Position numbers and translations under genes: made by a program
Source of the DNA: an uncultured Candidatus Saccharibacteria bacterium
GTDB lineage: Bacteria > Patescibacteriota > Saccharimonadia > Saccharimonadales > 2-12-FULL-41-12
Reading direction: 5' to 3'
Length of the DNA stretch: 34,023 nucleotides
Assembly: GCA_964643605.1 (NCBI GenBank)
Contig: CAZXTF010000001.1
Span: 1 to 34,023 of the forward strand
Shown here: positions 8,761 to 17,379 of the stretch, piece after piece
How positions within the stretch are numbered: position 1 is the stretch's first letter
How the letters are laid out: each line of letters begins with the position of its first letter
The notes under the pieces: model-generated
What the model was told of the DNA's origin: nothing
What the model saw: the letters and a program-made list of their open reading frames with translations, nothing else
Database searches by the model: none

Positions 8761-9450
8761 CTAGAGCAGCTTGCTAGCTGCGACAACAGCGGCAGTTTCG
8801 GCCCGCAAGACGTGATTACTAATCGACATATGAAGAAAGTTGTTTGCTTTAAATAGTTCTTTTTCTGCCTCGCTCCAGCCACCTTCTGGGCCAATCAACA
8901 ATGCATATCTCTTTGCATCATCAAGTGTTATCTCTGGTTCTTCTGTCTGCTCGCACACAATAAACTCGACATGATCTCTGTATTGCTCTAGGGCTTTTTC
9001 TAGGTGCATGGGCTCTCGCACTGTAGGGATATCCGACCGCCCACATTGCTCACTAGCCTCGATAATAATCTTGTGCGCCCGATCTATATTGAAGTTTGTA
9101 CGTACAGACCGCTCACTCAAAATTGGCACAAAGTTAGATACTCCAAGTTCGGTGCATTTTTGCAAAATATGATCGTTGTTATCTTTTTTGAGCAAGCTCC
9201 ACAGCAGATAGACGTGTCTTCTGGGTAATACTCGCTCCATATCTGTTACTAGCTGTAAGTGCGCTTCGGCCTTACTAATGTCAGCAATTTTGTATAGTCT
9301 ATCTTTATCTTGTCCATCAAATAAGATAAGTTGTTGACCAACCTTAAAGCGCAACACCTTATTCCATTGCCACAATAATGCAGCATCGTGTACCCAAAAA
9401 TCGTGCGTAAGGTCTAGTGTGTCAGACACATAAAAACGATGTATCCGCAC
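8761..9450 (-). CDS. rsmE: 16S rRNA (uracil1498-N3)-methyltransferase RsmE
   Basis: 'MRIHRFYV' at the N-terminus, with the SPOUT knot motifs 'LLIGPEGGWSEAE' and 'LRAETAAV'. 229 aa. Confidence 0.85.
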   Translation of the reverse strand: MRIHRFYVSDTLDLTHDFWVHDAALLWQWNKVLRFKVGQQLILFDGQDKDRLYKIADISKAEAHLQLVTDMERVLPRRHVYLLWSLLKKDNNDHILQKCTELGVSNFVPILSERSVRTNFNIDRAHKIIIEASEQCGRSDIPTVREPMHLEKALEQYRDHVEFIVCEQTEEPEITLDDAKRYALLIGPEGGWSEAEKELFKANNFLHMSISNHVLRAETAAVVAASKLL

Positions 9451-9462
9451 CCTGCGTGTTCC

Positions 9463-10248
9463 CTACTTATATAACGCAGCAATAGCGATTAAGCCAAAGG
9501 CAAGCACAGTCGCAAAGTTAATCGCTAGATGATTCCGCTCAATAAACAAGTACTCTTTCCAGCCTTTTCGACCGGATAGGTAGTAGTATTGGTTGAAACC
9601 GTATAGGACAAAACTGATGAGTAATGTAGCTGCTAGTGCATATACTGCCCAAGTAAATCGTTCCATGCCATATACAGCGGTGCCAAAGAAGCTTCCTGCC
9701 AATGGGAACCAGGCACCAATACCAGCAAAAACCGCTACCACAAAAGGAAGCCACTTTTTCTTCTCAGCTCCATCGTTTTCTCGTTCTGAAATCCAGCACA
9801 AAAGCGACGAAACAAGCACCAAGCCAGCAACAACTTTTAAGACCATGAGGTCGGTAATACCAGCTAGTAAGTTCACCACCCCGAATAGATATGCAGCTGT
9901 TATACCGACAAAAATCCACTTATAGCCAGATACTCTGGCTTTTAGGGTAGTCTCATAATTTGCACGTAGTTTGGTAAATAGTAAGACTGCCAAAATTGCG
10001 CTTAGCGCAAAAATACCCGCCAGAATATAGCGAATCTCAACACTAAATAATTCTTTATATGCTGGTACTAAAACTACCTTTTCCCCTGGGTTCAGCAGAT
10101 CACGAGCCATATAGCCAAGCCACAAACTGACATTGGTTGTGGCGAGTAATGTCGCTGATGCAACTGCCAAAACTGCAGACGTCACTGCAGTAGCAATATT
10201 TATTTTTTTAATCTGTACTTGTAATACTTTTTTACTTGGTGCTTTCAT
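9463..10248 (-). CDS. heliorhodopsin-like 7-TM membrane protein lacking the retinal-binding Lys
   Basis: Seven hydrophobic helices plus a long TM1-TM2 loop. Three blocks match remembered heliorhodopsin sequences: 'GITDLMVL', 'WLPFVVAVFAGIGAW' and 'KGWKEYLFIER'. TM7 ('HLAINFATVLAFGLIAIAALY') contains no Lys. A GAGG Shine-Dalgarno lies 5 nt before the ATG. Confidence 0.6.
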   Translation of the reverse strand: MKAPSKKVLQVQIKKINIATAVTSAVLAVASATLLATTNVSLWLGYMARDLLNPGEKVVLVPAYKELFSVEIRYILAGIFALSAILAVLLFTKLRANYETTLKARVSGYKWIFVGITAAYLFGVVNLLAGITDLMVLKVVAGLVLVSSLLCWISERENDGAEKKKWLPFVVAVFAGIGAWFPLAGSFFGTAVYGMERFTWAVYALAATLLISFVLYGFNQYYYLSGRKGWKEYLFIERNHLAINFATVLAFGLIAIAALYK

Positions 10249-10278
10249 AATGCCTCAACTATATCACATTTACCCTTC

Positions 10279-11811
10279 TTATGATTCTAGTTTTAGGCGT
10301 TTTATTAACCAGTCACGTGGCAAGATACTTAAAAACCATCCTGCTCGTGGTCCAGAATCTTTATTAATTGTTACCTGATAGATTGTCTGGAAAAGCTCTT
10401 TTGGGGCAAGCCCAGTGGTATCTCTTAAGTCATATACTGCCTGGTGAAACCAGCCACCATCCGCATCCTCTGGTGCTTGTTCTATTTTTTTTGCAAGACT
10501 AGATAAAAAATCTTTTTGTATATCATTAAAATTGTTTTGGTCTACCGTGTCGGCCAGCTCAAACTTCGCATCCTCTGGTGCCCAATTATTAAGCCAGCTA
10601 TCTATAAACTTTAGCTCTCGCAAGATTATATCTCGTTGTTCTTTAGCTGTATTTACATGTTCAGTTCGCTCAATAACTTCGAGTGTTTTTTCTGGATTTC
10701 GAAGTGACGCCTGATAGCTCGCTACTAGATGCGTAAATGGAATGTTGCTAATTGTTTGCTCGTCTATATCAGCTGTACACAATTCTATAAGCTGCTTTTC
10801 TGCCTCTGTCTTTTCTGGTTTTGCGATCAGCTCAGCAAATTCATCGACCAAGCGGATTAGTGTTGGACCCTGGTCAAAGAACAGTTGCTTTTCGGGAGCA
10901 TAGCGCAAGATAAAATACCAAACGATCTCAGGCGGTAATACGTTTAAGAGCTCTGATGCTGTAATAGTATCTCCTGCACTTTTGCTCATTTTTTTTGTAT
11001 CGCCCGTGCGATTGATAAAGTTATATGGCACAGGCACTGGTGCATCAGCACCAAAAACTTCTTTTACAAGTCGCCTACCTGTGTCATATGAACCACCTTT
11101 CGTAGCGTGGTCTCGGCCAAATGGTTCTACATTTACACCAAGCAGCGACCACCGAGCTGGCCAATCAATTCGCCAGCTAAGCTTCACCTCTCCATGTACG
11201 TAGCTAACTGTTTGCTCTTCACCATCTTTATCAAGACAGACAATCTCTTTTTTATCTGTATCTATAGAAATGAATTGACGATTTTTTAAATATCCCTCTT
11301 CTACTACCTGCACCGGTGACCATTGGTCATTGAGCTTGCGACCAGATACTTCTTCTAAGATATCCCTGATTTTATCGATGTTATCTAGTGCTTTTTCGAT
11401 AACTGGCACAAAATACCCTTCACGATATTTCTGGTGTGCTCGCATAATATCCACATCGAGCTTCATAGCCTTAGCTGCATCAAGTAAGTCATTCAAGAAA
11501 TAGTCTGCATATGATTGTTTGGAGCCATCTGGTGCTGGCACATCACATAGTGGCATACCGAGGTACTTACTAAAACTCTCTGGCACATCAACCGGAACTT
11601 TCCGAATATTATCTAAATCATCAACTACGTGAATATGCCGACTTTTTCGGCCACGACGACGCAGTTCACGGGCAATAATCTCGGCCGTTAGTACTTCTCG
11701 CAGCGTACCAATATGGTACGTCCCCGAAGGCGAAACACCAGAAGAAACCACGATTTCTCCATCGGGGTTTTTTGCAATAACCTCATCAGCTACATTGTTT
11801 AACCACTGCAT
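10279..11811 (-). CDS. lysK: class I lysyl-tRNA synthetase
   Basis: 510 aa with the class-I signatures 'SGTYHIGTLRE' (HIGH) and 'KKMSKSAGD' (KMSKS). Size and layout match archaeal/spirochaete-type LysRS rather than class-II LysS. Confidence 0.9.
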   Translation of the reverse strand: MQWLNNVADEVIAKNPDGEIVVSSGVSPSGTYHIGTLREVLTAEIIARELRRRGRKSRHIHVVDDLDNIRKVPVDVPESFSKYLGMPLCDVPAPDGSKQSYADYFLNDLLDAAKAMKLDVDIMRAHQKYREGYFVPVIEKALDNIDKIRDILEEVSGRKLNDQWSPVQVVEEGYLKNRQFISIDTDKKEIVCLDKDGEEQTVSYVHGEVKLSWRIDWPARWSLLGVNVEPFGRDHATKGGSYDTGRRLVKEVFGADAPVPVPYNFINRTGDTKKMSKSAGDTITASELLNVLPPEIVWYFILRYAPEKQLFFDQGPTLIRLVDEFAELIAKPEKTEAEKQLIELCTADIDEQTISNIPFTHLVASYQASLRNPEKTLEVIERTEHVNTAKEQRDIILRELKFIDSWLNNWAPEDAKFELADTVDQNNFNDIQKDFLSSLAKKIEQAPEDADGGWFHQAVYDLRDTTGLAPKELFQTIYQVTINKDSGPRAGWFLSILPRDWLIKRLKLES

Positions 11812-11867
11812 AAATATACTCTTTAGATTAACGGATTTTGCCAGATATATCTAGCGGGGGTCTTTGC

Positions 11868-12329
11868 CTAAGAGATACTAGCGATAACAAATTTGTTCGT
11901 TTCGGCAGGTGTTGTAATTTCCACCTCTTCACCCTCTTTCTTGCCAAGCAACGCTACACCAATTGGTGATTCGTCAGAGATTTTACCGTTCAAAGGATCA
12001 GCCTCAACTGTACCTACAACCTGAAATACCTTTTCGGCAATCCCCTTGCCCTTAAGCTTTACCGTACTGCCAAGACGTACCTGGCTATCACTTCGTGGTT
12101 TACTAATCACCTCAACGTTTTGCAAAATATGCTCAAGCTCAGCAATACGTGACTCAGTTCGCTCCTGGTCATCTTTTGCTGCATGGTACTCAGCGTTTTC
12201 GCTCAAATCGCCCTGCTCTCGAGCAGTCTTAATAGCCTCAGCAATATCTCCCCGGCGAGCCACAAGTGCATCATGCTCTGCTTGTAATTCAGCGATTCCT
12301 TCTTTGGTCATATGAAATTGTTTTTTCAT
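11868..12329 (-). CDS. greA: transcription elongation factor GreA
   Basis: 153 aa with 'GDLSENAEYHAAKDDQ' at the coiled-coil tip and a C-terminal FKBP-like domain. There is a perfect AAAGGAG Shine-Dalgarno 6 nt upstream. Confidence 0.95.
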   Translation of the reverse strand: MKKQFHMTKEGIAELQAEHDALVARRGDIAEAIKTAREQGDLSENAEYHAAKDDQERTESRIAELEHILQNVEVISKPRSDSQVRLGSTVKLKGKGIAEKVFQVVGTVEADPLNGKISDESPIGVALLGKKEGEEVEITTPAETNKFVIASIS

Positions 12330-12387
12330 GATATAACTCCTTTCAGTTGTAGAAAATTAACTCTTGCAACTGGGTTTGGTCATGTAG

Positions 12388-12415
12388 ATTATAGCTATTT
12401 AAACTTAGTTTGCAA
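12388..12415 (-). promoter_or_regulatory. sigma70-type promoter for greA (TTGCAA-16 nt-TATAAT)
   Basis: On the minus strand the -35 lies at 12415..12410 and the -10 at 12393..12388. The -35 overlaps the proS stop codon region. The leader is about 50 nt and carries a strong Shine-Dalgarno. Confidence 0.5.
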
Positions 12416-13658
12416 GTCGTTTTATTAACATTTGCCGAGAGATCTCTTCCGCCTCTTGTTCGGTACGTTTCTTAAACTCAAATATACCCGCCTCAAGACC
12501 TCGTGGGCTTACTACAACTCGACATGGGATACCCAGCAAATCGGCATCGGTAAACTTAGCACCCGGACGCTCGTTTCGATCATCCCATAGTACACTTACA
12601 CCATTGTTTGTAAGCTCGTCATATAGCTCCTTCGCTTCTTTTTCAGTATCACCAATCTGCACTAGATACACCTGGAATGGCGCTATATCTTCTGGCCACA
12701 CAAGTCCGTTTTCGTCTGCATATTTCTCGGCAATTATGCCCATAAGTCGACTAATCCCGATGCCGTAACAACCAGCGATAATTGATTTACGTTGGCCTGT
12801 CTCATCCATAAAGTACACGTCTAAAGCATCTGTATATTTACTCTCTAAATGGAAGGTATTCCCTACTTCAACTGCTCGTTTTTCTACTAAATCAGCTTTG
12901 TTAAGACCAAGTTTTTGTAGGTTTTCATCAGTCATTACCTCTTCGTTGATGGCAATTTTCTTGGCCTCATCAACAAAGATTTTATCTTCGCCAACATCGC
13001 TCAATGTCTGAAATTCGTCTGAAAATCGACTGGTAAAGATACCGCCGTCGGCATAGGTACGATATGTCTCCTCGCCCAAACCAAGCCGATCGTATACTCT
13101 GTGGTACGCCTTCACTACATCTTCATAGATTTTTTCGTGTTCTTCTTGGGTTCGAGCAAAACTATACATATCTTTCATCAAGAATTCTCTACCTCGCAGC
13201 AGACCGCTCTTAGCTCGCAGCTCGTTGCGAAACTTTGGCCCAATTTGATACACCGAGAATGGTAAATCTTTGTACGAATTTACGTAATCTCTGAGAACAT
13301 CTACAATTGGCTCTTCATGAGTTAGGCCCACACCCAGCTCTGTGCCATTTGCAAGCTTTGTCTTAAACCAATTATCTACCTTTGTATCATCCCAGCGATC
13401 TGTTTTTTCCCAGATGTCTTTGGGTTGCAAGGTAGTCATAGCCAGCTCTTGCCCACCGACGGCATTCATTTCTTCTCGCACAATTGTCTTGATGTTCTCA
13501 AGCACTCTTAGGCCCAATGGTAAATAGGCATACACGCCGGCCATTTCCTTATGGATAAAGCCAGCCTGGATGAGCAACTGAGCATTCTTGGCTTGCTCGT
13601 CCCCTGGGACGTTTTTACTCGTTTTAGTGAATAACTGAGAGATTCTAGTGCTATGCAT
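12405..13658 (-). CDS. proS: prolyl-tRNA synthetase, bacterial type without INS editing domain
   Basis: 'ISQLFTKTSKNVPGDEQAKNAQLLIQAGFI', class-II motif 2 'FRNELRAKSGLLRGREFLMKD' and motif 3 'GCYGIGISRLMG'. I start it at the ATG at 13658 (MHSTRISQLF). The track's TTG at 13688 would overlap the upstream gene by 17 nt. Confidence 0.93.
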   Translation of the reverse strand: MHSTRISQLFTKTSKNVPGDEQAKNAQLLIQAGFIHKEMAGVYAYLPLGLRVLENIKTIVREEMNAVGGQELAMTTLQPKDIWEKTDRWDDTKVDNWFKTKLANGTELGVGLTHEEPIVDVLRDYVNSYKDLPFSVYQIGPKFRNELRAKSGLLRGREFLMKDMYSFARTQEEHEKIYEDVVKAYHRVYDRLGLGEETYRTYADGGIFTSRFSDEFQTLSDVGEDKIFVDEAKKIAINEEVMTDENLQKLGLNKADLVEKRAVEVGNTFHLESKYTDALDVYFMDETGQRKSIIAGCYGIGISRLMGIIAEKYADENGLVWPEDIAPFQVYLVQIGDTEKEAKELYDELTNNGVSVLWDDRNERPGAKFTDADLLGIPCRVVVSPRGLEAGIFEFKKRTEQEAEEISRQMLIKRLAN

Positions 13659-13671
13659 GTCAATAATTGTA

Positions 13672-14442
13672 CTAGAAGTAGACCCCAAACACGAAAATAC
13701 TTAGGAATGCTAAGCTATTTTTCATCATGTGCACTAGTACGCCCGACCAAATATTGCCTGTTTTTTCACGCAACCAAATTAGCACTATTGATAAGACAAA
13801 CGTATCAATTGCAGCCACCCATAGCGGTGGTTCTCCGCTGCCCAATTGTAAGTGAGCAACACCAAAGATTAAACTGGCTAATACAGCTGCTGTCCTTGCA
13901 TTGAATGTCTTTTTGAAACCACCATACAAAAAACCACGTACTAAAATTTCTTCAACGATAGACGGCAAGATAACCAAGCTTGCAAAAACCAAAATCAGGC
14001 TTATGCCTTGCGCCGAGCTGAATCCAATCTGCTGCTCTTGCTCAAAATCAAGACCAGGCAAAATCGGCCTTAGAACAGCAAAAAGTATAATCAAAATTAT
14101 AAAGTAAACCACAAATACTGGCAGAGCGAGTAACAAGTTACTATCTGTGGGCTTCTTTAGGCCAAGCTGGCTAAGACTAATCGAGCGATGCCGAACAAAA
14201 ACATACAGCGCTACCAACGAAACTACCTCAATAATCAGAACAAAAAGAAACTGTGTCGTTACAGAGTTAGTGATAGCCTGCACAGCATCCTCAGTATTTT
14301 TACCCTGCAAAGTAAAGTACAGGCCCAACAGAACTCCTGCAAAAATTTGCGAGCCAAAGTAAATAAATAACGTCACAAACAGGGCTGACCCAGCCCCATA
14401 ACCCTTAATTTTGCCTGGTCTTATTTTTTCTATAATTTTCAC
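13672..14442 (-). CDS. CPBP family intramembrane glutamic endopeptidase (CAAX protease/Abi)
   Basis: A polytopic membrane protein with the three family motifs 'EEILVRG' (EExxxR), 'FGVAH' (FxxxH) and 'HMMKN' (HxxxN). Confidence 0.85.
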   Translation of the reverse strand: MKIIEKIRPGKIKGYGAGSALFVTLFIYFGSQIFAGVLLGLYFTLQGKNTEDAVQAITNSVTTQFLFVLIIEVVSLVALYVFVRHRSISLSQLGLKKPTDSNLLLALPVFVVYFIILIILFAVLRPILPGLDFEQEQQIGFSSAQGISLILVFASLVILPSIVEEILVRGFLYGGFKKTFNARTAAVLASLIFGVAHLQLGSGEPPLWVAAIDTFVLSIVLIWLREKTGNIWSGVLVHMMKNSLAFLSIFVFGVYF

Positions 14443-14448
14443 TGTATC

Positions 14449-15570
14449 TTAGAGGAATCGTTTTACATCAACAATCGTTATCAGCACGAACAAGCTCATC
14501 AAAGCCACAAATCCAATACCATGAATAAGCTCTTCGGTCTTTTTTGGCAGCGGCCTGTTAAGGGCCCGGAAAAGCAGTGTCACAAATAGCCTGCCCCCAT
14601 CTAGCGCAGGTATTGGTAATACATTTATAAGTGCAAGTGTAAGCGATATTATCGCAATAATCATCAACACAAAATTAATACCTAACTTACTACCCTCTTT
14701 CAAGATAACCACGATACCCACCGGACCAGCCACTTGCTCACTAGCTTCGGCAGTATGTCCTCGTACCAAGTTATACAGTGCCGTACCAATACCTTTATAG
14801 GTCAGTTCACTAAATTGCTTTATGACACCAGCTGCAACAACCGGCGAAGACCATGTCGAGCGACGCAGTTCTATGCCAGTCTGGCCAGAAACACTGCCAA
14901 CTCCAAGATAACCCTGACCAGAATTATGCTGATTCAGTGTCACCTGAACTGTCTTAGTTTCGTCTCCACGCTTTATAACAACTGGTACGGTTTTGCCTGC
15001 TTTGGTCTTAGTAATTTCTGCTACCCGCCCAGGCTCAGTTATATTCTGGTCAGCGACTGCAATAATCTGATCGTCCTTTTGAATACCCGCTTTTTCGGCT
15101 GGTGATTCTTTGAGGACTGTACCAACCTTTACACTTCCTTTATTCTCGACTTCTCGGGTCGTTTTCGTGTCACTGGCTACTGTAAATTGATTATCAACCA
15201 ACTTCGGCATGCCGATTGCCGCCAAAAGCGTCAGAGCGATAAAAGCAGCAATTAAGTTCATCACTACACCGGCCAACATAATCTTTACCTTAGTAGGAAG
15301 AGGTGCTGCGCCAAAGCTGCCTGGACGAGTATCGGAATCACTCTCGCCTTTAAGACGCACGAAACCACCCAGCGGCAGCGCATTTATACTAAACAAAAAT
15401 GCGTGTTTGCCTTCGCCAATCTTTTTGCTCCACGCTTTGGGCGGAAACCCAATACCAAATTCTTCGACATCAACTCCGCCACGACGAGCGGCAATAAAAT
15501 GCCCCCACTCGTGCACCACAACCAAAAGGACAAAGAGGACAATCCCCAAAATCAATAAGAATACTGACAT
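14449..15570 (-). CDS. rseP: site-2 protease RseP/RasP (M50 zinc metalloprotease with PDZ)
   Basis: 'HEWGHFIAAR' (HExxH) in TM1, a central PDZ-like region ('SPAEKAGIQKDDQIIAV') and 'NVLPIPALDGGRL' (the LDG motif). Confidence 0.9.
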   Translation of the reverse strand: MSVFLLILGIVLFVLLVVVHEWGHFIAARRGGVDVEEFGIGFPPKAWSKKIGEGKHAFLFSINALPLGGFVRLKGESDSDTRPGSFGAAPLPTKVKIMLAGVVMNLIAAFIALTLLAAIGMPKLVDNQFTVASDTKTTREVENKGSVKVGTVLKESPAEKAGIQKDDQIIAVADQNITEPGRVAEITKTKAGKTVPVVIKRGDETKTVQVTLNQHNSGQGYLGVGSVSGQTGIELRRSTWSSPVVAAGVIKQFSELTYKGIGTALYNLVRGHTAEASEQVAGPVGIVVILKEGSKLGINFVLMIIAIISLTLALINVLPIPALDGGRLFVTLLFRALNRPLPKKTEELIHGIGFVALMSLFVLITIVDVKRFL

Positions 15571-15614
15571 ATGCTAACTAGTATACCCGACTCACCCAAA
15601 TTAAGACTAGCGTT

Positions 15615-16181
15615 TTAAGATGCCCTTTTGTTGTCGCCAATAACGAGCGAAATATGCCGCAGAGCTTTCAGGATATCTCTGTCACCTAACGGAACAATAT
15701 GGGGAGGAATATCGTAAGCTTGCTCTTCGACAATTTCCTTCAAACGATCTTCTTCTTTCATATCATAGATAATCCCCTTACCTGGCAACATAAAAGCAAA
15801 CTCCTCCGGATGACCATTTTTTATACCCAGGGCAGGTGCAACAATTAACTTTTTGTCATCCCAGCCAGCGGTAATTTCTGCTGTATGCTCTTCGCTCGTA
15901 CCTATTACTGCAGATAAAGAATAGTCTGTCTGATTAATAAAACGTTCTTCTTCCGGATAAATAACTTCTATCTTTCTAGAAAACTCTACGTGCTTGGGTG
16001 TTATAATTTGCCCCGCTATCCCCCGACAACTCATCCGTGCGCCTGGGTCTGTCATAACACCTAGCGAATCTTCGGCTTCCCACTTTTCATAAGAAGTTGC
16101 CACACTATTTCGAGGGGCTTCGATCCCGAGTTGTTCAAGAGGAGTTTGTTCTGTCAGCTCTAACATCTCGAGATAGTTCAT
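15615..16181 (-). CDS. hypothetical acidic cytosolic protein
   Basis: 188 aa with no TM segment and no motif I recognise. It is tightly packed between frr (6-nt gap) and rseP (44-nt gap), so it is probably co-transcribed. Confidence 0.5.
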   Translation of the reverse strand: MNYLEMLELTEQTPLEQLGIEAPRNSVATSYEKWEAEDSLGVMTDPGARMSCRGIAGQIITPKHVEFSRKIEVIYPEEERFINQTDYSLSAVIGTSEEHTAEITAGWDDKKLIVAPALGIKNGHPEEFAFMLPGKGIIYDMKEEDRLKEIVEEQAYDIPPHIVPLGDRDILKALRHISLVIGDNKRAS

Positions 16182-16187
16182 AGTGGT

Positions 16188-16751
16188 TTAAATCGTCAGG
16201 ATTTCCTTCTCTTTTTGTTTTGCGGCTTGGTCGGTTTTTTCTTTGTACTCTGCCATGAGATCGTCTACTTGCTTAGCGTAGCGGCTATACTCATCTTCGC
16301 TAATGTCTTTATCTTTCTTGGCTGCGTCCAAAGTCTTGAGCGCATCGTGTCGAACATTACGAAAAGCGATCATACAGTCCTCGGTCTTCTCGCCGAGTGT
16401 TTTTACAATCTGTTGGCGCCGCTCGGTAGTAAGTGGTGGAATCGGCACACGAATTACCCGCCCATCATCAGTTGGATTGAGGCCAAGTGCCTGATTATCA
16501 CGAATCGCTGCTGCAATAGCCTGGATGTTGTTTGGGTCAAATGGCGATACCTGCAAAAGCTGTGGTTCTGGTGTAGTAATGGTCGCAACTTGAATCAGCG
16601 GCATCTGCTGCTCGTACGCCTCGACTGTTACACCATCGAGCATACTAGGATGTGCACGGCCAGTCCGAAGTTTTTTAGCTTCGTCTTCAAAGCGACTCAG
16701 TGCGCTGCCGAACTTTGTTTTTGTATCGTCAATAACTTGGCTAGGACTCAT
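16188..16751 (-). CDS. frr: ribosome recycling factor
   Basis: 187 aa with 'LRTGRAHPSMLDGV', 'IRVPIPPLTTERRQ' and 'RNVRHDA', the classic RRF blocks. Confidence 0.97.
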   Translation of the reverse strand: MSPSQVIDDTKTKFGSALSRFEDEAKKLRTGRAHPSMLDGVTVEAYEQQMPLIQVATITTPEPQLLQVSPFDPNNIQAIAAAIRDNQALGLNPTDDGRVIRVPIPPLTTERRQQIVKTLGEKTEDCMIAFRNVRHDALKTLDAAKKDKDISEDEYSRYAKQVDDLMAEYKEKTDQAAKQKEKEILTI

Positions 16752-16787
16752 TACCCTCGGTTTCCTCTTATCCCTAGCTTACTATTT

Positions 16788-17378
16788 TTAGGCGACTTCG
16801 CCAATAGCCATACGGTCAAAACGTCGAATCACAATGTTTTCGCCAAGCTTCGCAATATGTTCTTTTAGATAATCACCCACTGTTTGGTCTGGATTCTTAA
16901 TATATGGCTGGTCGAGCAAGCACTTTTCTGCAAAGTGTTTTTTGGTCATGCCCTCTACAATTTTGGGGATCATATCGGCTGGCTTGCCCTCTTCTTTTGT
17001 CTTTTCGGTAAATTCTTTTTCTACACGAGCCTTGTCTTCATCAGAAATGTTTTCATTACTCACATACTCGGGAGCACTGGCTGCAATATGCATAGAAATA
17101 TCTTTTACAAAATCAGTGAAGATTTCGTTGCGAGCCACAAAGTCTGTCTCACAATTCACTTCTACCAACACACCAATTCGGCCGTCATGGTTGTATGTAC
17201 CAATAACTCCCGCACGAGCTTCTCGCTCACCACGCTTTTCGGCCTTAGTTAGGCCTTTTTTGCGCATAGCTTCTAGTGCTTTATCAAAATCACCATTGCT
17301 CTCAACAAGTGCTTTTTTAGCATCGGTAATCCCAACGCCAGTTAGCTCTCGTAGTCTTTTAATACTCTCAATGTCCAC
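16788..17378 (-). CDS. tsf: translation elongation factor Ts (short form)
   Basis: A UBA-like N-terminus 'IKRLRELTGVGITDAKKALVESNGDFDKALEAMRKKG' and 'VEVNCETDFVARNE'. It uses a GTG start 1 nt after the rpsB stop, with a GAGGAG Shine-Dalgarno inside the rpsB 3' end. Confidence 0.95.
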   Translation of the reverse strand: MDIESIKRLRELTGVGITDAKKALVESNGDFDKALEAMRKKGLTKAEKRGEREARAGVIGTYNHDGRIGVLVEVNCETDFVARNEIFTDFVKDISMHIAASAPEYVSNENISDEDKARVEKEFTEKTKEEGKPADMIPKIVEGMTKKHFAEKCLLDQPYIKNPDQTVGDYLKEHIAKLGENIVIRRFDRMAIGEVA

Positions 17379-17379
17379 C

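Noticed and set aside
10314-10319. A search for a parS site (TGTTNCACGTGAAACA-like) near parAB. The only CACGTG core I noticed is at 10314-10319.
   Set aside because: The flanks do not match the parS arms, and the site lies inside the lysK 3' end, 15 kb from parAB. I could not identify a convincing parS by eye, so a pattern search is needed.
11843-11852. A 10-nt palindrome AGATATATCT in the greA-lysK spacer.
   Set aside because: It is too short and AT-rich to distinguish from chance, and could simply be part of a -10-like region.
16215-16868. A 217-aa plus-strand ORF spanning frr and the 3' end of tsf.
   Set aside because: It is antisense to two unmistakable conserved genes. Its product is low-complexity and Cys/Phe-rich with no motif. 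It is a typical shadow ORF.
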